Shown: piece after piece, positions 16,773 to 26,507 of the stretch | How the letters are laid out: each line of letters starts with the position of its first letter | Numbering within the stretch: position 1 is the first letter of the stretch | NCBI GenBank assembly: GCA_031262265.1 | Contig: JAISIB010000126.1 | Coordinates: 1-39,379 of the forward strand | Direction of reading: 5' to 3' | From: Prevotellaceae bacterium | Lineage (GTDB): Bacteria; Bacteroidota; Bacteroidia; Bacteroidales; Bacteroidaceae | Length of the DNA: 39,379 nt | Position numbers and translations under genes: made by a program | The notes under the pieces: generated by a model | Told to the model about the DNA's origin: nothing | Database searches by the model: none | The model's input: the letters and a program-made list of their open reading frames with translations, nothing else

Positions 16773-17390
16773 ATGAAACAGTTAGGATTATTATTCGTAT
16801 TGACGTTCGTTACTCAGTCGGTATTTGCTCAACTCAGTGACAATGATTATAGGATAGAGACTACGACAAATAATAGTAGTAACCTATCTCCCTCACAAAC
16901 ATCGGTCAACTATTACGAAAAGCCGAAGACGTTTTATGAAAACGGTTATACGTATCAATGCGATGTAGATGACGCGCAACTTGTTACTTTGTATAGTAAG
17001 CCCTCCTCACTCGTGTATGTGGATCCTGTATATAAAGCGACAGGAAGGCTCTATAATGGAGAAGTGAAACTATTTGCGGAAGAAACATGGACGAAACCTT
17101 TATGTTATTCCATAGTTCGCAATGCTTTTCCCACAGCTGCTAAACAGAGAGTACGAGGTGTAAACTTTTCCATAGTTATGTGCATAAATTCTGATACAGG
17201 AAAAGTTATGGAAGTTTATTTTCAGTTTACGAATTATAGTCCTTATACTACGATTCCTGTTTCTGTATATCGTAAGATAGAGACGGAAATTAAGCAGAAA
17301 GTATGGTTTACTCCTACTGCCGAAGGGGCGAAACTCAATTATATTATGCTCGCGTGGCGACAGAATCCGGAAGACGTACTGCATGATTAG
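16773..17390 (+). CDS. Hypothetical secreted protein (205 aa), low-GC orphan
   Basis: Signal peptide MKQLGLLFVLTFVTQSVFA|Q. No family recognised. Markedly more AT-rich than the flanking genes. Confidence 0.55.
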   Translation: MKQLGLLFVLTFVTQSVFAQLSDNDYRIETTTNNSSNLSPSQTSVNYYEKPKTFYENGYTYQCDVDDAQLVTLYSKPSSLVYVDPVYKATGRLYNGEVKLFAEETWTKPLCYSIVRNAFPTAAKQRVRGVNFSIVMCINSDTGKVMEVYFQFTNYSPYTTIPVSVYRKIETEIKQKVWFTPTAEGAKLNYIMLAWRQNPEDVLHD

Positions 17391-17395
17391 GTATG

Positions 17396-17437
17396 AAAAG
17401 CAAGTAGGCTGCCCAAAGGGCAGCTTACTTTGCTTTT
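17396..17437. terminator. Bidirectional terminator hairpin between convergent genes
   Basis: AAAAGCAAGTAGGCTGCCC, AAA loop, then GGGCAGCTTACTTTGCTTTT (one G-U pair and one bulge). A-tract and T-tract flanks. Confidence 0.6.
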
Positions 17438-18710
17438 ACTTTTTAATACACGGTGCTCGTTCGATTATCTCTAAGTACATGCGCCCGTTGTGGTAGGGGC
17501 ATTTCCAAGGGCCGGCCTTGTCGTCCTTACGGTTTTCGACATCGTCGAGGCTGACGCTCCAAAACCATTCGTCGTGTTCGTAATCTACCAACTTGTCGAG
17601 GATAAAGAAATAGGTCTCTTGGACGCGTTTGAGAGCTTCTTTGTCGCCGAAATATTGATAGAGATTCAGGTTGCCGACAACGGTTTCGGCCTGCACCCAC
17701 CAGTGTCTTTCGGTATCGGTGTGGTCGGTATCCAGATTACGCTCATAGGCTGTTCCTTTAAGCATTTGGTATCCTTCGAGCGACGCATGGGCTATTCGTT
17801 TGACCGTCGTTTCTACTTCCGATAACAAAGCATCATAATCAATTATCTCCGTATCTTGTCGTGAGATCTGACTTTGTTGTTTCAACACCAAAGCGGCTTC
17901 GTGCAACAACCATGAGGCCTCGATTTCGTGCCCATAGGAGTGAATTCGATAACGACTTTGCCAATCTTCGGTAAAAAAGAGGTGCAGATGTCCGTCGTCG
18001 TCCGTAAATTTGTCAAGAAACAACCGTATCAGATTATGCAGGCGTTCGGCTAAGCGTGCCGTAGGCCAAACGCGATACAAGTTAGTATACGGTTCGAGTA
18101 AGTGCAGGTGCGTGTTCATCGTTTTGCATTCGTTCGCGTCTTTGTCGCTGAGGCGCATGTCGCCGAGCGGTGACCAGTCGCGTGCAAAAGCCTCGAAATA
18201 TCCGTTACGTTCGGCATCGAAACTGTGTGCTTCGATGCTCTCGAACAAACGAATGGCGTATTCCAATGCTTCTGCGTCGCCCGTCGCCCGATATAGCTCG
18301 CTTAGTCCGTAAACGGCGAATCCTAATGCGTAGATCTGCTTTTTTGTTTCCGTCGGATTCCCTTGATAATCCAACATCCAATAGACTCCGCCGTATTCCG
18401 AATCGTAGAAACGGTCTATCAAATAGCGTTTGGCATGCCATGCGGCTTCCAAATACTCCGGACGTCGCAGCACGCGATACGCGGCTGCGAAGGTCCAGAG
18501 AATACGTGCGTGCAAAACGGCACCTTTGTCGGCCTGCGGCATCAGAACATCCTGTCCGGTCATCCGTCCGTAGTATCCGCCATGTTCGCGATCGGTCATG
18601 CGATTCATCCAAAACGGCAGAATTTGATCGGTGAGGGCGATACGTGAAACCTTCTCCATTTCTTTGATCGAAAAAGGCTTCCTCGAATACGTTTTAGCGT
18701 TTTGCTTCAT
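17436..18710 (-). CDS. N-acylglucosamine 2-epimerase (AGE)-family cellobiose/mannobiose 2-epimerase
   Basis: 424 aa with KTMNTHLHLLEPYT and SYGHEIEASWLL motifs. Last gene of the GH130-symporter-epimerase arrangement known from the Bacteroides fragilis mannan operon. Confidence 0.82.
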   Translation of the reverse strand: MKQNAKTYSRKPFSIKEMEKVSRIALTDQILPFWMNRMTDREHGGYYGRMTGQDVLMPQADKGAVLHARILWTFAAAYRVLRRPEYLEAAWHAKRYLIDRFYDSEYGGVYWMLDYQGNPTETKKQIYALGFAVYGLSELYRATGDAEALEYAIRLFESIEAHSFDAERNGYFEAFARDWSPLGDMRLSDKDANECKTMNTHLHLLEPYTNLYRVWPTARLAERLHNLIRLFLDKFTDDDGHLHLFFTEDWQSRYRIHSYGHEIEASWLLHEAALVLKQQSQISRQDTEIIDYDALLSEVETTVKRIAHASLEGYQMLKGTAYERNLDTDHTDTERHWWVQAETVVGNLNLYQYFGDKEALKRVQETYFFILDKLVDYEHDEWFWSVSLDDVENRKDDKAGPWKCPYHNGRMYLEIIERAPCIKK

Positions 18711-20121
18711 GACGTTGCTTGTCCAAATCTTGCATGACGGCTTTCACTTTGGCTTCTGCCAGCGGATAGAACCACATACCTATTGCCGCTGCGAGACAAG
18801 CTACGGCCGGCAGCCAACTCATCATGAGCCGAACACCATAGATAGCGGTCTCAGACTGCGTAGAGGCATCCTGATTGTAACCGAACGCGGCCAACAGCCA
18901 ACCGACAAGCGCGGAGCCTAATGCCCATCCCATTTTCTGCGAGAAAGAAGAGGCAGAAAAGATAAGTCCCGTGGAGCGGTGTCCGGTTTTCCATTCCGAA
19001 TAGTCGACAATATCGGCAAACATGCTCCATAGCAAGGGCAATACATAACCGGCGCATACGGAAATAACGGCCTGCAAGATAAGTAAAGAGGCTATCTGGT
19101 CGGGTTTTATCGACATAAAGAACACGCTGAGCACGGCCGCCGCCAACATGGCTGCGATATAGGTCGGTCGTTTGCCGAAGCGATTGGAAAGCGGTGTGCA
19201 CAAAGCCACGCCTACCATGTTTCCGGCTTGGCCGATCAACAGGTAAATGGTCGCCATCGTCCAACCGAAGTACGGCATTTTGTATGAAAGCTGAATATAG
19301 TCGGTAAAATAGAACAAAGCTACGCCGTCGCGTATGGCGTTGAAAAGTAAAGCGGCCAAACCCGTCACCAGCAATATCCAAAACGGCGCATTGCCGAGCA
19401 AACGTTTCAAATCTTCGCTCACGGAACTGTGTTGCGCCTCGTTGACCGGTTTTACTCGTTCGCGTGTCCAACTGAAACACAAGAAAAACAATACGGCGCA
19501 TATCAATCCGATCACCGCAACGGCCAGTGTCCAACCGATCGGCTCGACGCTCACGCCCGTCGCAGCATCTTTCGCTGCTATTGCCGACGTCGTTCCGCTA
19601 CCGAAAGCGTCGGCGAAACCGTCAATCAGCGGTTGCAGCAACATAAAGGTGATGAAACTGCCGATGAAAGCGAAAAACATGCGGTAGGAAGAGAGTGCGT
19701 TGCGTTCCTTCGTATTGGCCGACATGACGCCTAAGAGTGAGGCGTACGGCACATTGACAATGGTGTACACCGTCATCATCAATAGATAGGTGATATAGGC
19801 GTATATCAATCGGCCGGTCGGGCTGAACGGCGGCACATAGAAGGTAAGCACGCCGATCAGTGCGAACGGGATAGCAAACCAAAGCAAATAGGGACGATAC
19901 TTGCCCCAACGACTCTGCGTGCGGTCGGAAATAATACCCATCAAGGGATCTGAGATCGCATCATACAGTCGGGTGATAAGCATCATGGTACCTACGACCG
20001 CAGGGTCAATGCCGAATACCTTCGTATAGAAGAATAGGAGATACATCCCGAATATCTTCCAAAACATGGACGACGCCATGTCGCCGAAGCCGTAGCCTAT
20101 TTTTTCTTTCAGTGTAATCAT
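18694..20121 (-). CDS. Glycoside-pentoside-hexuronide (GPH/MFS) sugar:cation symporter
   Basis: 475 aa with about 12 hydrophobic helices. N-terminal GYGFGDMASSMFW and ISDRTQSRWGKYRP motifs. Overlaps GH130 by 4 nt and the epimerase by 17 nt. Confidence 0.85.
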   Translation of the reverse strand: MITLKEKIGYGFGDMASSMFWKIFGMYLLFFYTKVFGIDPAVVGTMMLITRLYDAISDPLMGIISDRTQSRWGKYRPYLLWFAIPFALIGVLTFYVPPFSPTGRLIYAYITYLLMMTVYTIVNVPYASLLGVMSANTKERNALSSYRMFFAFIGSFITFMLLQPLIDGFADAFGSGTTSAIAAKDAATGVSVEPIGWTLAVAVIGLICAVLFFLCFSWTRERVKPVNEAQHSSVSEDLKRLLGNAPFWILLVTGLAALLFNAIRDGVALFYFTDYIQLSYKMPYFGWTMATIYLLIGQAGNMVGVALCTPLSNRFGKRPTYIAAMLAAAVLSVFFMSIKPDQIASLLILQAVISVCAGYVLPLLWSMFADIVDYSEWKTGHRSTGLIFSASSFSQKMGWALGSALVGWLLAAFGYNQDASTQSETAIYGVRLMMSWLPAVACLAAAIGMWFYPLAEAKVKAVMQDLDKQRHEAKR

Positions 20122-21293
20122 GTGGGTAAGATTTGGAGGTTGTGGTCAATGAGCCGGTCTAATGTGCGTACGGATGCCGAAGAAGACAATCCGTCGGGTG
20201 GCGTATGCAGACAATAATCGGTCAAACGTTCGATAGTTGACGTGGCGACATGCATACGCGTGTCGCTGGAAGCATAATAGATGAACACTCTTCCGTCATC
20301 ATCGGCTATCCATCCGTTAGCAAACAAGACGTTGGATACGTCGCCTATACGTTCTTCTCCTTCGGGAGCCATAAAATATCCGCCCGGAGCAGCTATCAAT
20401 CGGGAGGGGTCGGCCAAATCTGTCATATAAAGGTATAAGACATACCGCAAACCGGCGGCGCAATAGCGCACACCGTGCGCCAGATGGAGCCAGCCTTTCT
20501 CCGTTTTCAGAGGTGGCGGCCCCTCGCCGTTTTTGGCTTCCTTGATCGTATGATAATAACGCGCATCGATAATTGTTTCGTCGGCAATCTCCGCATTCGT
20601 AATGTCATCAATCAATGCCCAACCGATGCCACCACCACTACCGGTCTCAATAAACCCATCTTGCGGGCGGGTATAGAGCGCATACTTTCCGTTGATAAAC
20701 TCCGGATGCAATACTACATTGCGCTGCTGATGTGCGGACTTCAAGTCAGGCAATCGTTCCCACTGCTTCAAATCTTTTGTTCGGGCGATACCAGCTGTCG
20801 CGACAGCCGCAGACAGATCTCCTTCGGGTGCCGTATCATCGTGGCGTTCGGCACAGAAGACGCCGTATATCCAACCGTCTTCGTGGGCTGTCAACCGCAT
20901 GTCATACACATTAGTGGCCGGAATAATATCCTCCGGCATGGTAATCGGATGATCCCAAAAGCGGAAGTTATCTATTCCATTGGGACTTTCGGCCACGGCA
21001 AAGAATGATTTTCTATCCACGCCTTCGGTACGTACCATCAACACGTATTTTCCCTGCCATTTAATAGCACCGGAATTCATTGTCGCGTTCATACCGATAC
21101 GTTCCATAAGGAAAGGATTCGTATGTTCGTCCAAATCGTACCGCCAAAAGACCGGTGTGTGCGCGGCCGTTAGTACCGGATATTTGTAGCGGGTATAAAC
21201 CCCGTTGTTATGCGTCGCAATTTCGTTTGGCCGATGAATAAGATTTTCATAGTCGGCAAGTAATTGCGATTTTCTCTGTTCAAATTCGCTCAT
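20118..21293 (-). CDS. GH130 4-O-beta-D-mannosyl-D-glucose phosphorylase
   Basis: 391 aa. Long stretches match my recollection of the B. fragilis enzyme: YPVLTAAHTPVFWRYDL, NPFLMERIGMNAT, RKSFFAVAESPNGIDNFRFW and YYASSDTRMHVATSTIERL. Confidence 0.88.
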   Translation of the reverse strand: MSEFEQRKSQLLADYENLIHRPNEIATHNNGVYTRYKYPVLTAAHTPVFWRYDLDEHTNPFLMERIGMNATMNSGAIKWQGKYVLMVRTEGVDRKSFFAVAESPNGIDNFRFWDHPITMPEDIIPATNVYDMRLTAHEDGWIYGVFCAERHDDTAPEGDLSAAVATAGIARTKDLKQWERLPDLKSAHQQRNVVLHPEFINGKYALYTRPQDGFIETGSGGGIGWALIDDITNAEIADETIIDARYYHTIKEAKNGEGPPPLKTEKGWLHLAHGVRYCAAGLRYVLYLYMTDLADPSRLIAAPGGYFMAPEGEERIGDVSNVLFANGWIADDDGRVFIYYASSDTRMHVATSTIERLTDYCLHTPPDGLSSSASVRTLDRLIDHNLQILPT

Positions 21294-21314
21294 TATACTT
21301 TACTGAGTATATAG

Positions 21315-22016
21315 TTATTTCGCAAGTGCTTTGTCAATAGCTTCTTTTACCAGTTTCTCCATGACTGCGTATCCTTGTGCGGTTACGTGTACGCCGTCGC
21401 TCGTATATTCTTTGGGCAACCCTTTACTCCCGTCGTTACTAACGAGGTGCGTATAGTAGTCCAAATAGGTGAAACCTTTCGCTTGACAGTATTCCTTGAT
21501 CGCCGCATTGAGCTGGTCTACCTTAGCCGGTACGGCGGAAATTTCTTTGCGCCAAGGAATCTCAGCGGCCGGCAGTACGGACGTCAGGATTACTTTGATA
21601 CCGTTGGCGGCTGCGATTTCCGCCATCGATTGGAAGTTGCCGAACGTAAACTCGAAGTCGTAGGTTCCGGTATTGGTGGCAATATCGTTGATACCACCGT
21701 TGATTACGACCACTTGCGGATGCAAGGCTACTACGTCCAACCGGAACCGCGACAGCATTTGCGGCGTGGTTTGTCCGCCGATACCTCGTCCGAGATAGTT
21801 ATTGCTTTGGAAGAAATCTTGCCGCATATAATACCACATTTGGGTAATGGAATTGCCCATGAAGACGGCTTTTACCGGCGTTTTGTCTTGGCGTATTTTC
21901 GTATTAGCATCGGCATAAACGTTGTACATCGCCCAAGATTCTTGGTTGCTTTGTGCATATAGTTCGCCGGCCAATGAAATAATTAAAACGAATAGCGTGA
22001 AACGAAAAACTTTCAT
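21315..22016 (-). CDS. SGNH/GDSL-family esterase (probable carbohydrate acetylesterase)
   Basis: Signal peptide. SGNH blocks FMGNSIT, GIGGQT, GGINDI and DGVHV. Confidence 0.8.
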   Translation of the reverse strand: MKVFRFTLFVLIISLAGELYAQSNQESWAMYNVYADANTKIRQDKTPVKAVFMGNSITQMWYYMRQDFFQSNNYLGRGIGGQTTPQMLSRFRLDVVALHPQVVVINGGINDIATNTGTYDFEFTFGNFQSMAEIAAANGIKVILTSVLPAAEIPWRKEISAVPAKVDQLNAAIKEYCQAKGFTYLDYYTHLVSNDGSKGLPKEYTSDGVHVTAQGYAVMEKLVKEAIDKALAK

Positions 22017-22033
22017 ATCCTTAGTTTATGTAG

Positions 22034-23806
22034 TTAATAATCTATCGGAAGACCTAAGTGTATGCGAATAAATGCTTGCTCGGCTTCTCGCGCATGTGAA
22101 TCGGTCGTATGTCCCGAACGGGCGCAAGCTACCCAAACTTTCTCCGATTTTACTTGATTGTACGCTGCAAAATTGATATGCGGCGGACAGGTTTCGTCTT
22201 GCATGCCGAAGCTCATAATAAGTGGGCATGTAATCCATGGTGCTAAGTTTTTAATGTCGAAATAGGTAAGTAAATCGTACACATGTTCCCAATCCATATC
22301 GGGATGCGCCTTTTTATAATTGTCAAAGTCGCTTCTCGGCCAGTTTACTATCTTGAAATAATCACGATAGTCGGACAGGAACGGAATACTTGGCGCAGCT
22401 ACTTTTACGCGCTTGTCCAGCGCGGCGGCCACAAAGGACAATGCTCCACCTTGGCTACCTCCGATGACGGCAATCTTCTCGGCGTCTACTTCGGGGCGAC
22501 TACATACGAAATCAATCGCGCGTACTACGTCGCAGAAAGCTCCTTGATAATAATAGCCCTCTTTATCTGCCAATCCGATGGTAATCCAAAGATCATCTTC
22601 CGGCGTCAGTCGGTTTAATGCTTGCCCACGAATTGACGGTACATAATGCGCAAATCCGTCCCATCGCGTATTTGAATAATACGGGGTAGAGCCGTAGCCC
22701 ATGTAGTTTATTTGGATAGGGAATTTTCCTTCGCGCGTAGGTTGCGAATAATAGCCGCGAATAATTTTGCCGTTAAGCGATTTCATTTCCACCAAGTAAA
22801 CTTTGTAATCTTTGTTGGATGCGTCGGGCACAAGCGTCATTTTATATTCCGGAGCTACCTTTGCCAGCTCTTTCAGGTTGTTTTCCCAGAAAGCTTTGAA
22901 GTCGCTGTGTGAATCTACGGGCGATTGAATCTTTTCAGGCTCGTAGCCTAAATTGAATTTCTCTTCCATCAATGATTCGCCGTTACGTACAAATTGTACG
23001 GTGAACCGATAAAAACCCGGCACTTGACTGGAATATTCGAAAGTTCTGACGGCTGTTTCTCCCGCTTTGGCACTCACGGTTTGTTTCATCGTGGTGATTG
23101 GTCGGAAATCGTCCGTCGTGATGGTTAGAACGAAGTCGCCGCTAACCGTCCACGGGTTGTCGTTTGTAAGCAGGGCAGACGCTTTTATCGTCTGGTCGCC
23201 GAAAAATATAAAGTCGTCATCGGGAATGGAATAAGCCATCAATAGTCTGTCCGACGTCTCCGCTGTGGTGAACCAGAGCTTAGCTCCTTTGAGCAGGCCG
23301 CCGCCCGTATTCATGCGCCGCCCCCATCTGTCGTAGAATTTGATGGCTAATACGTTATTTTCGCGTATGAGATCGGCGTCGACGAAGTAACGACGTTGCA
23401 TGAAGTTGCCTCCGCGTCTCATGCCGCCTTGCGAAAATGCCGCGATCTCTTTACCATTTAGATAAATGGTATCAGATCCCATAATGCTGTCCAGATGCAA
23501 AATAATGCCGCCTTTGCGGGTAGCGGAACGATAGAATTCGTTAGGCAGCGTAATGGCTTTACGATACCATCCTGTGCCGTTATCGGTTTTCAAACCATAG
23601 TCGGCAAGAGGTTTATCGGTCTTGACTAATTTCCATGAGCCGTCATTAAAGTCAACGGACGCCCACTGTTCGCTGCCTTTGCCTGCTTGAAATTTCCATT
23701 CGTTAGAGAAGTTAGCCGTCAGCGTGGGTGAGGTATCTTCTTGTTGAGCTTGCATGGCGGGTATAGCCAGCCACGCGATCCAAATACATAATATAAGCCG
23801 TTTCAT
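22034..23806 (-). CDS. Acetyl-xylan-esterase (CE7/AXE1-like) with an N-terminal sugar-binding-like domain
   Basis: 590 aa with a signal peptide. The nucleophile elbow GGSQGG lies in the C-terminal alpha/beta-hydrolase part. ATGA start/stop overlap with the upstream GH5 gene. Confidence 0.75.
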   Translation of the reverse strand: MKRLILCIWIAWLAIPAMQAQQEDTSPTLTANFSNEWKFQAGKGSEQWASVDFNDGSWKLVKTDKPLADYGLKTDNGTGWYRKAITLPNEFYRSATRKGGIILHLDSIMGSDTIYLNGKEIAAFSQGGMRRGGNFMQRRYFVDADLIRENNVLAIKFYDRWGRRMNTGGGLLKGAKLWFTTAETSDRLLMAYSIPDDDFIFFGDQTIKASALLTNDNPWTVSGDFVLTITTDDFRPITTMKQTVSAKAGETAVRTFEYSSQVPGFYRFTVQFVRNGESLMEEKFNLGYEPEKIQSPVDSHSDFKAFWENNLKELAKVAPEYKMTLVPDASNKDYKVYLVEMKSLNGKIIRGYYSQPTREGKFPIQINYMGYGSTPYYSNTRWDGFAHYVPSIRGQALNRLTPEDDLWITIGLADKEGYYYQGAFCDVVRAIDFVCSRPEVDAEKIAVIGGSQGGALSFVAAALDKRVKVAAPSIPFLSDYRDYFKIVNWPRSDFDNYKKAHPDMDWEHVYDLLTYFDIKNLAPWITCPLIMSFGMQDETCPPHINFAAYNQVKSEKVWVACARSGHTTDSHAREAEQAFIRIHLGLPIDY

Positions 23807-24975
23807 TTTTTAAGTTTTTTTTGAATATCTAAATTTCCTTTCATTGCTTCACTAAAGAACTTCATCCCCTCGGTAGGTTCGTAGTTCCACGATTTAATCT
23901 TTCCGCCGCCCCATTCGGGGTCGTAAACCCAAATACACCAGCTGATCCCTTTTCCTTCCAAGTAGCCGATGATTTGATTGCCGTAGTGATCGCCTTTCAG
24001 GTCAATCGGTTCGGCCGGCGTCATCTCTATATTTCCTCTCACCATCCCTTTGGCGGGGTCTATCAACTTGAAGTTATCCGGAGCAAAACCTTTGGCCGGA
24101 TCTTTCAATACGGGTCGTTCCATAGAGTCGTGACTGAACTCGGTAGCAAACACCGGCCACGTGTCGGCAGCAAAGCCGAAGTTCTGTTCCCAAGTAGCGT
24201 TCCATGGCTGCGGACTTTTGTTGGCGTACGGGTGCGTAGAGTAAGCGATGTTATCCGCATTGATAGGTTCTATCCGCAGGGGCGTCAGGTCGTAAGCCCA
24301 GTCGAAAGCACCCACGATAGGGATAGTTTCTTTGTCGGCGTAGCGGATAATGGTAATCATGTTCTCAACTAATTTTTTCCAGTCCGTCCATGAGCAAACT
24401 CCCAACTGTCCGCGGTAAGTCGTTGGTTCGTTGAAAAGTTCATAGAAAGCCACCGTATTGTTGCCGGCGAAGCGCATGGAAATTTTACGCCAAAAGTCGT
24501 ATGTTTCTTGTTTGGTAGTGATGTACATCGGATCTTGGAACATTTCCATTTCCAAGTTGCCGATGGTGTGCCAGTCAAGCATGACATACATTTTTAAGTC
24601 GGTACACCACTCGACGGCTTGATCCAGCAACTCAAGATACTTCTCTGGTGTGCGTTCGCGCCATGCTACGGGATGAATCGGCACGCGTATGATATTCGCG
24701 CCGTATGCTTTGATACGTTCGAAGTGCGCTTTGTTCCAATGTCCTTGTCGTTCCACTTTGTCAGGGTCTGAAATGGCAATTCCGCGAAAGAGGATCGTAT
24801 TGCCGTCGGGCGTCTCAAAATGATTGCCGTTGACTTTAATCAGCGGCATGTCTTTGGCTTTCGGACTGGGCGTATTCACGACAAAACGATCCACGTACCA
24901 AGGCTGTTCGTCCTGCGCCCACAGTGTTGTCAGGCACGTCATGCCGAACAGAAGAAAGAATAAAATCTGTTTCAT
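23803..24975 (-). CDS. Glycoside hydrolase family 5 (endo-beta-1,4-glucanase/mannanase)
   Basis: Signal peptide. FYELFNEPT (acid/base) and VFATEFS (nucleophile) motifs typical of GH5. Confidence 0.82.
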   Translation of the reverse strand: MKQILFFLLFGMTCLTTLWAQDEQPWYVDRFVVNTPSPKAKDMPLIKVNGNHFETPDGNTILFRGIAISDPDKVERQGHWNKAHFERIKAYGANIIRVPIHPVAWRERTPEKYLELLDQAVEWCTDLKMYVMLDWHTIGNLEMEMFQDPMYITTKQETYDFWRKISMRFAGNNTVAFYELFNEPTTYRGQLGVCSWTDWKKLVENMITIIRYADKETIPIVGAFDWAYDLTPLRIEPINADNIAYSTHPYANKSPQPWNATWEQNFGFAADTWPVFATEFSHDSMERPVLKDPAKGFAPDNFKLIDPAKGMVRGNIEMTPAEPIDLKGDHYGNQIIGYLEGKGISWCIWVYDPEWGGGKIKSWNYEPTEGMKFFSEAMKGNLDIQKKLKK

Positions 24976-25143
24976 GGTCTATGCGTTATAATTCTCATCG
25001 TTCGGTTGGCAACTATGCCCTTATGCGGGGAGATTATCAAAGCCGGAAAATATTTTTTGCGGGTATGATATTTCCATATCTTACCTTGATAATTTCCTTA
25101 CATACGGGCATAATTGCAACACGAAGAAGTTTGTTGTTAGATG

Positions 25144-26325
25144 TTACTTAATATTCTGAATATCTTTCAAGAACAAATATTTTTTATTGTCCTTCATGAT
25201 TTTCAGCAGGTCTGAATGTTTGGGCATGCGCATCCAACGTTCGTATGCTTCACGTTGATCTGCGGGCATCTGTGCGATTTGTGCAGCCGTGGGAGTCGGT
25301 CTCGGTGTGAAGCCGCCACGCGGCGGTGCGCTACGCCATGTCAATATGTACGACGATTTGTATTTTGCCAGAATCTTTTGCAGGTCGGCACTGATCGGAC
25401 CGCATTCGCTCAACGCATGTAGCTTGTGCTTTTGCGCCGCCAAGTCGGTCGTAAATTTCAGTGCCTTATCTACGTTCTGATTAAACTCTTCGCCTTGTCC
25501 ATACCAGTCGATGGAGAGCATATCAATATATTCATCGCCCGGGTATCCGGCTAAGTATTCTTCCGACGAATATACCTTATCGGTGTTATAAGCATAGAGA
25601 ATATTGTGCAGTCCTTTGTTGCGCAAATATTTCACGGTGTAACGCCACAGCTCGGCGTATTCTTCGTCATAGCAGCGAGTACGTCCCCACCAGAAGAAGC
25701 TACCTGAGTGTTCGTGGTACGGACGGAAAATGAACGGGATCAGTTTTCCTTCTTCGTCGCGCCATGTGTTGAAATAACGAGCCAGTCTGTCCAGCCACGT
25801 ATTAAACATGGCGTGGTTCTTACCGCCCGGCAATACGCTACGCACGGCGTTCATTTCGGGATCATTAGCGGCTAACATTTCCACTTCCCACGCCGAACCG
25901 GCTCCATTTGGCTCTTTGATGCCCGGCCACTGCGAGGTGATCGGATTTACCACGTGCCAGCTGATCGTCATGATGCCGTTTTGTTTGTGCCACCAAATGA
26001 TTCTTTCTCTGGCCTGCGCAAAAGAGATGGAGTCGAGGCTTCGAGAGCCGCCCAATTCCAGTTCGCCAAGCTCCCAACCTACTACGCCGGGATAATCGCC
26101 GACGGCCTCTTTCGTATCCGAGCGGTCAGGCTCGTACCACCAAGTGCTGCCGGTCATCAAATCATCTTGATGTCCGTACATAACGCCTTTGTCCTGCAAT
26201 TTCAGCAGGCGGGCAAACAATGCTTTGGCTTCGGGGGTTGCATCCGGATCGGCCGGTTGCCAAGTTTGTGCGGAGAGGCCGGAGACCATTAACAGCGATA
26301 GTAAACTAACAAAAATGTTTCTCAT
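25144..26325 (-). CDS. Glycoside hydrolase family 26 beta-mannanase
   Basis: Signal peptide. YGHQDDL, GWELGELELG and RPYHEHSGSFFWWG motifs typical of GH26. Confidence 0.85.
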   Translation of the reverse strand: MRNIFVSLLSLLMVSGLSAQTWQPADPDATPEAKALFARLLKLQDKGVMYGHQDDLMTGSTWWYEPDRSDTKEAVGDYPGVVGWELGELELGGSRSLDSISFAQARERIIWWHKQNGIMTISWHVVNPITSQWPGIKEPNGAGSAWEVEMLAANDPEMNAVRSVLPGGKNHAMFNTWLDRLARYFNTWRDEEGKLIPFIFRPYHEHSGSFFWWGRTRCYDEEYAELWRYTVKYLRNKGLHNILYAYNTDKVYSSEEYLAGYPGDEYIDMLSIDWYGQGEEFNQNVDKALKFTTDLAAQKHKLHALSECGPISADLQKILAKYKSSYILTWRSAPPRGGFTPRPTPTAAQIAQMPADQREAYERWMRMPKHSDLLKIMKDNKKYLFLKDIQNIK

Positions 26326-26507
26326 ACATGTTATTGTTAAAGTTATTATTAAAACGTTCCTTTGTCTCAGTTTCCTAATACGGGTGTGAACTACTCATTA
26401 GGAAAGAGATACCACAAATGAATCTTTCGGCAGCAAAATTCCGAATAACGTAGGATACTTACAAGTACAATTATTACAGAGTTTAATACTTTTTTGATTT
26501 TCAGCTT

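Noticed and set aside
16532-17395. Calling this segment a mobile element.
   Set aside because: There is no transposase, integrase or mobilisation gene, and no terminal inverted or direct repeats bracket the whole segment. Only compositional and truncation evidence exists, so it is reported as a scar rather than annotated as a mobile element.
26371-26405. A 9-bp hairpin (TTTCCTAAT...ATTAGGAAA) between GH3 and GH26, considered as an internal terminator.
   Set aside because: It has a large 17-nt loop and no U-tract on the transcribed (minus) strand. It is more likely a weak structure within a polycistronic transcript.
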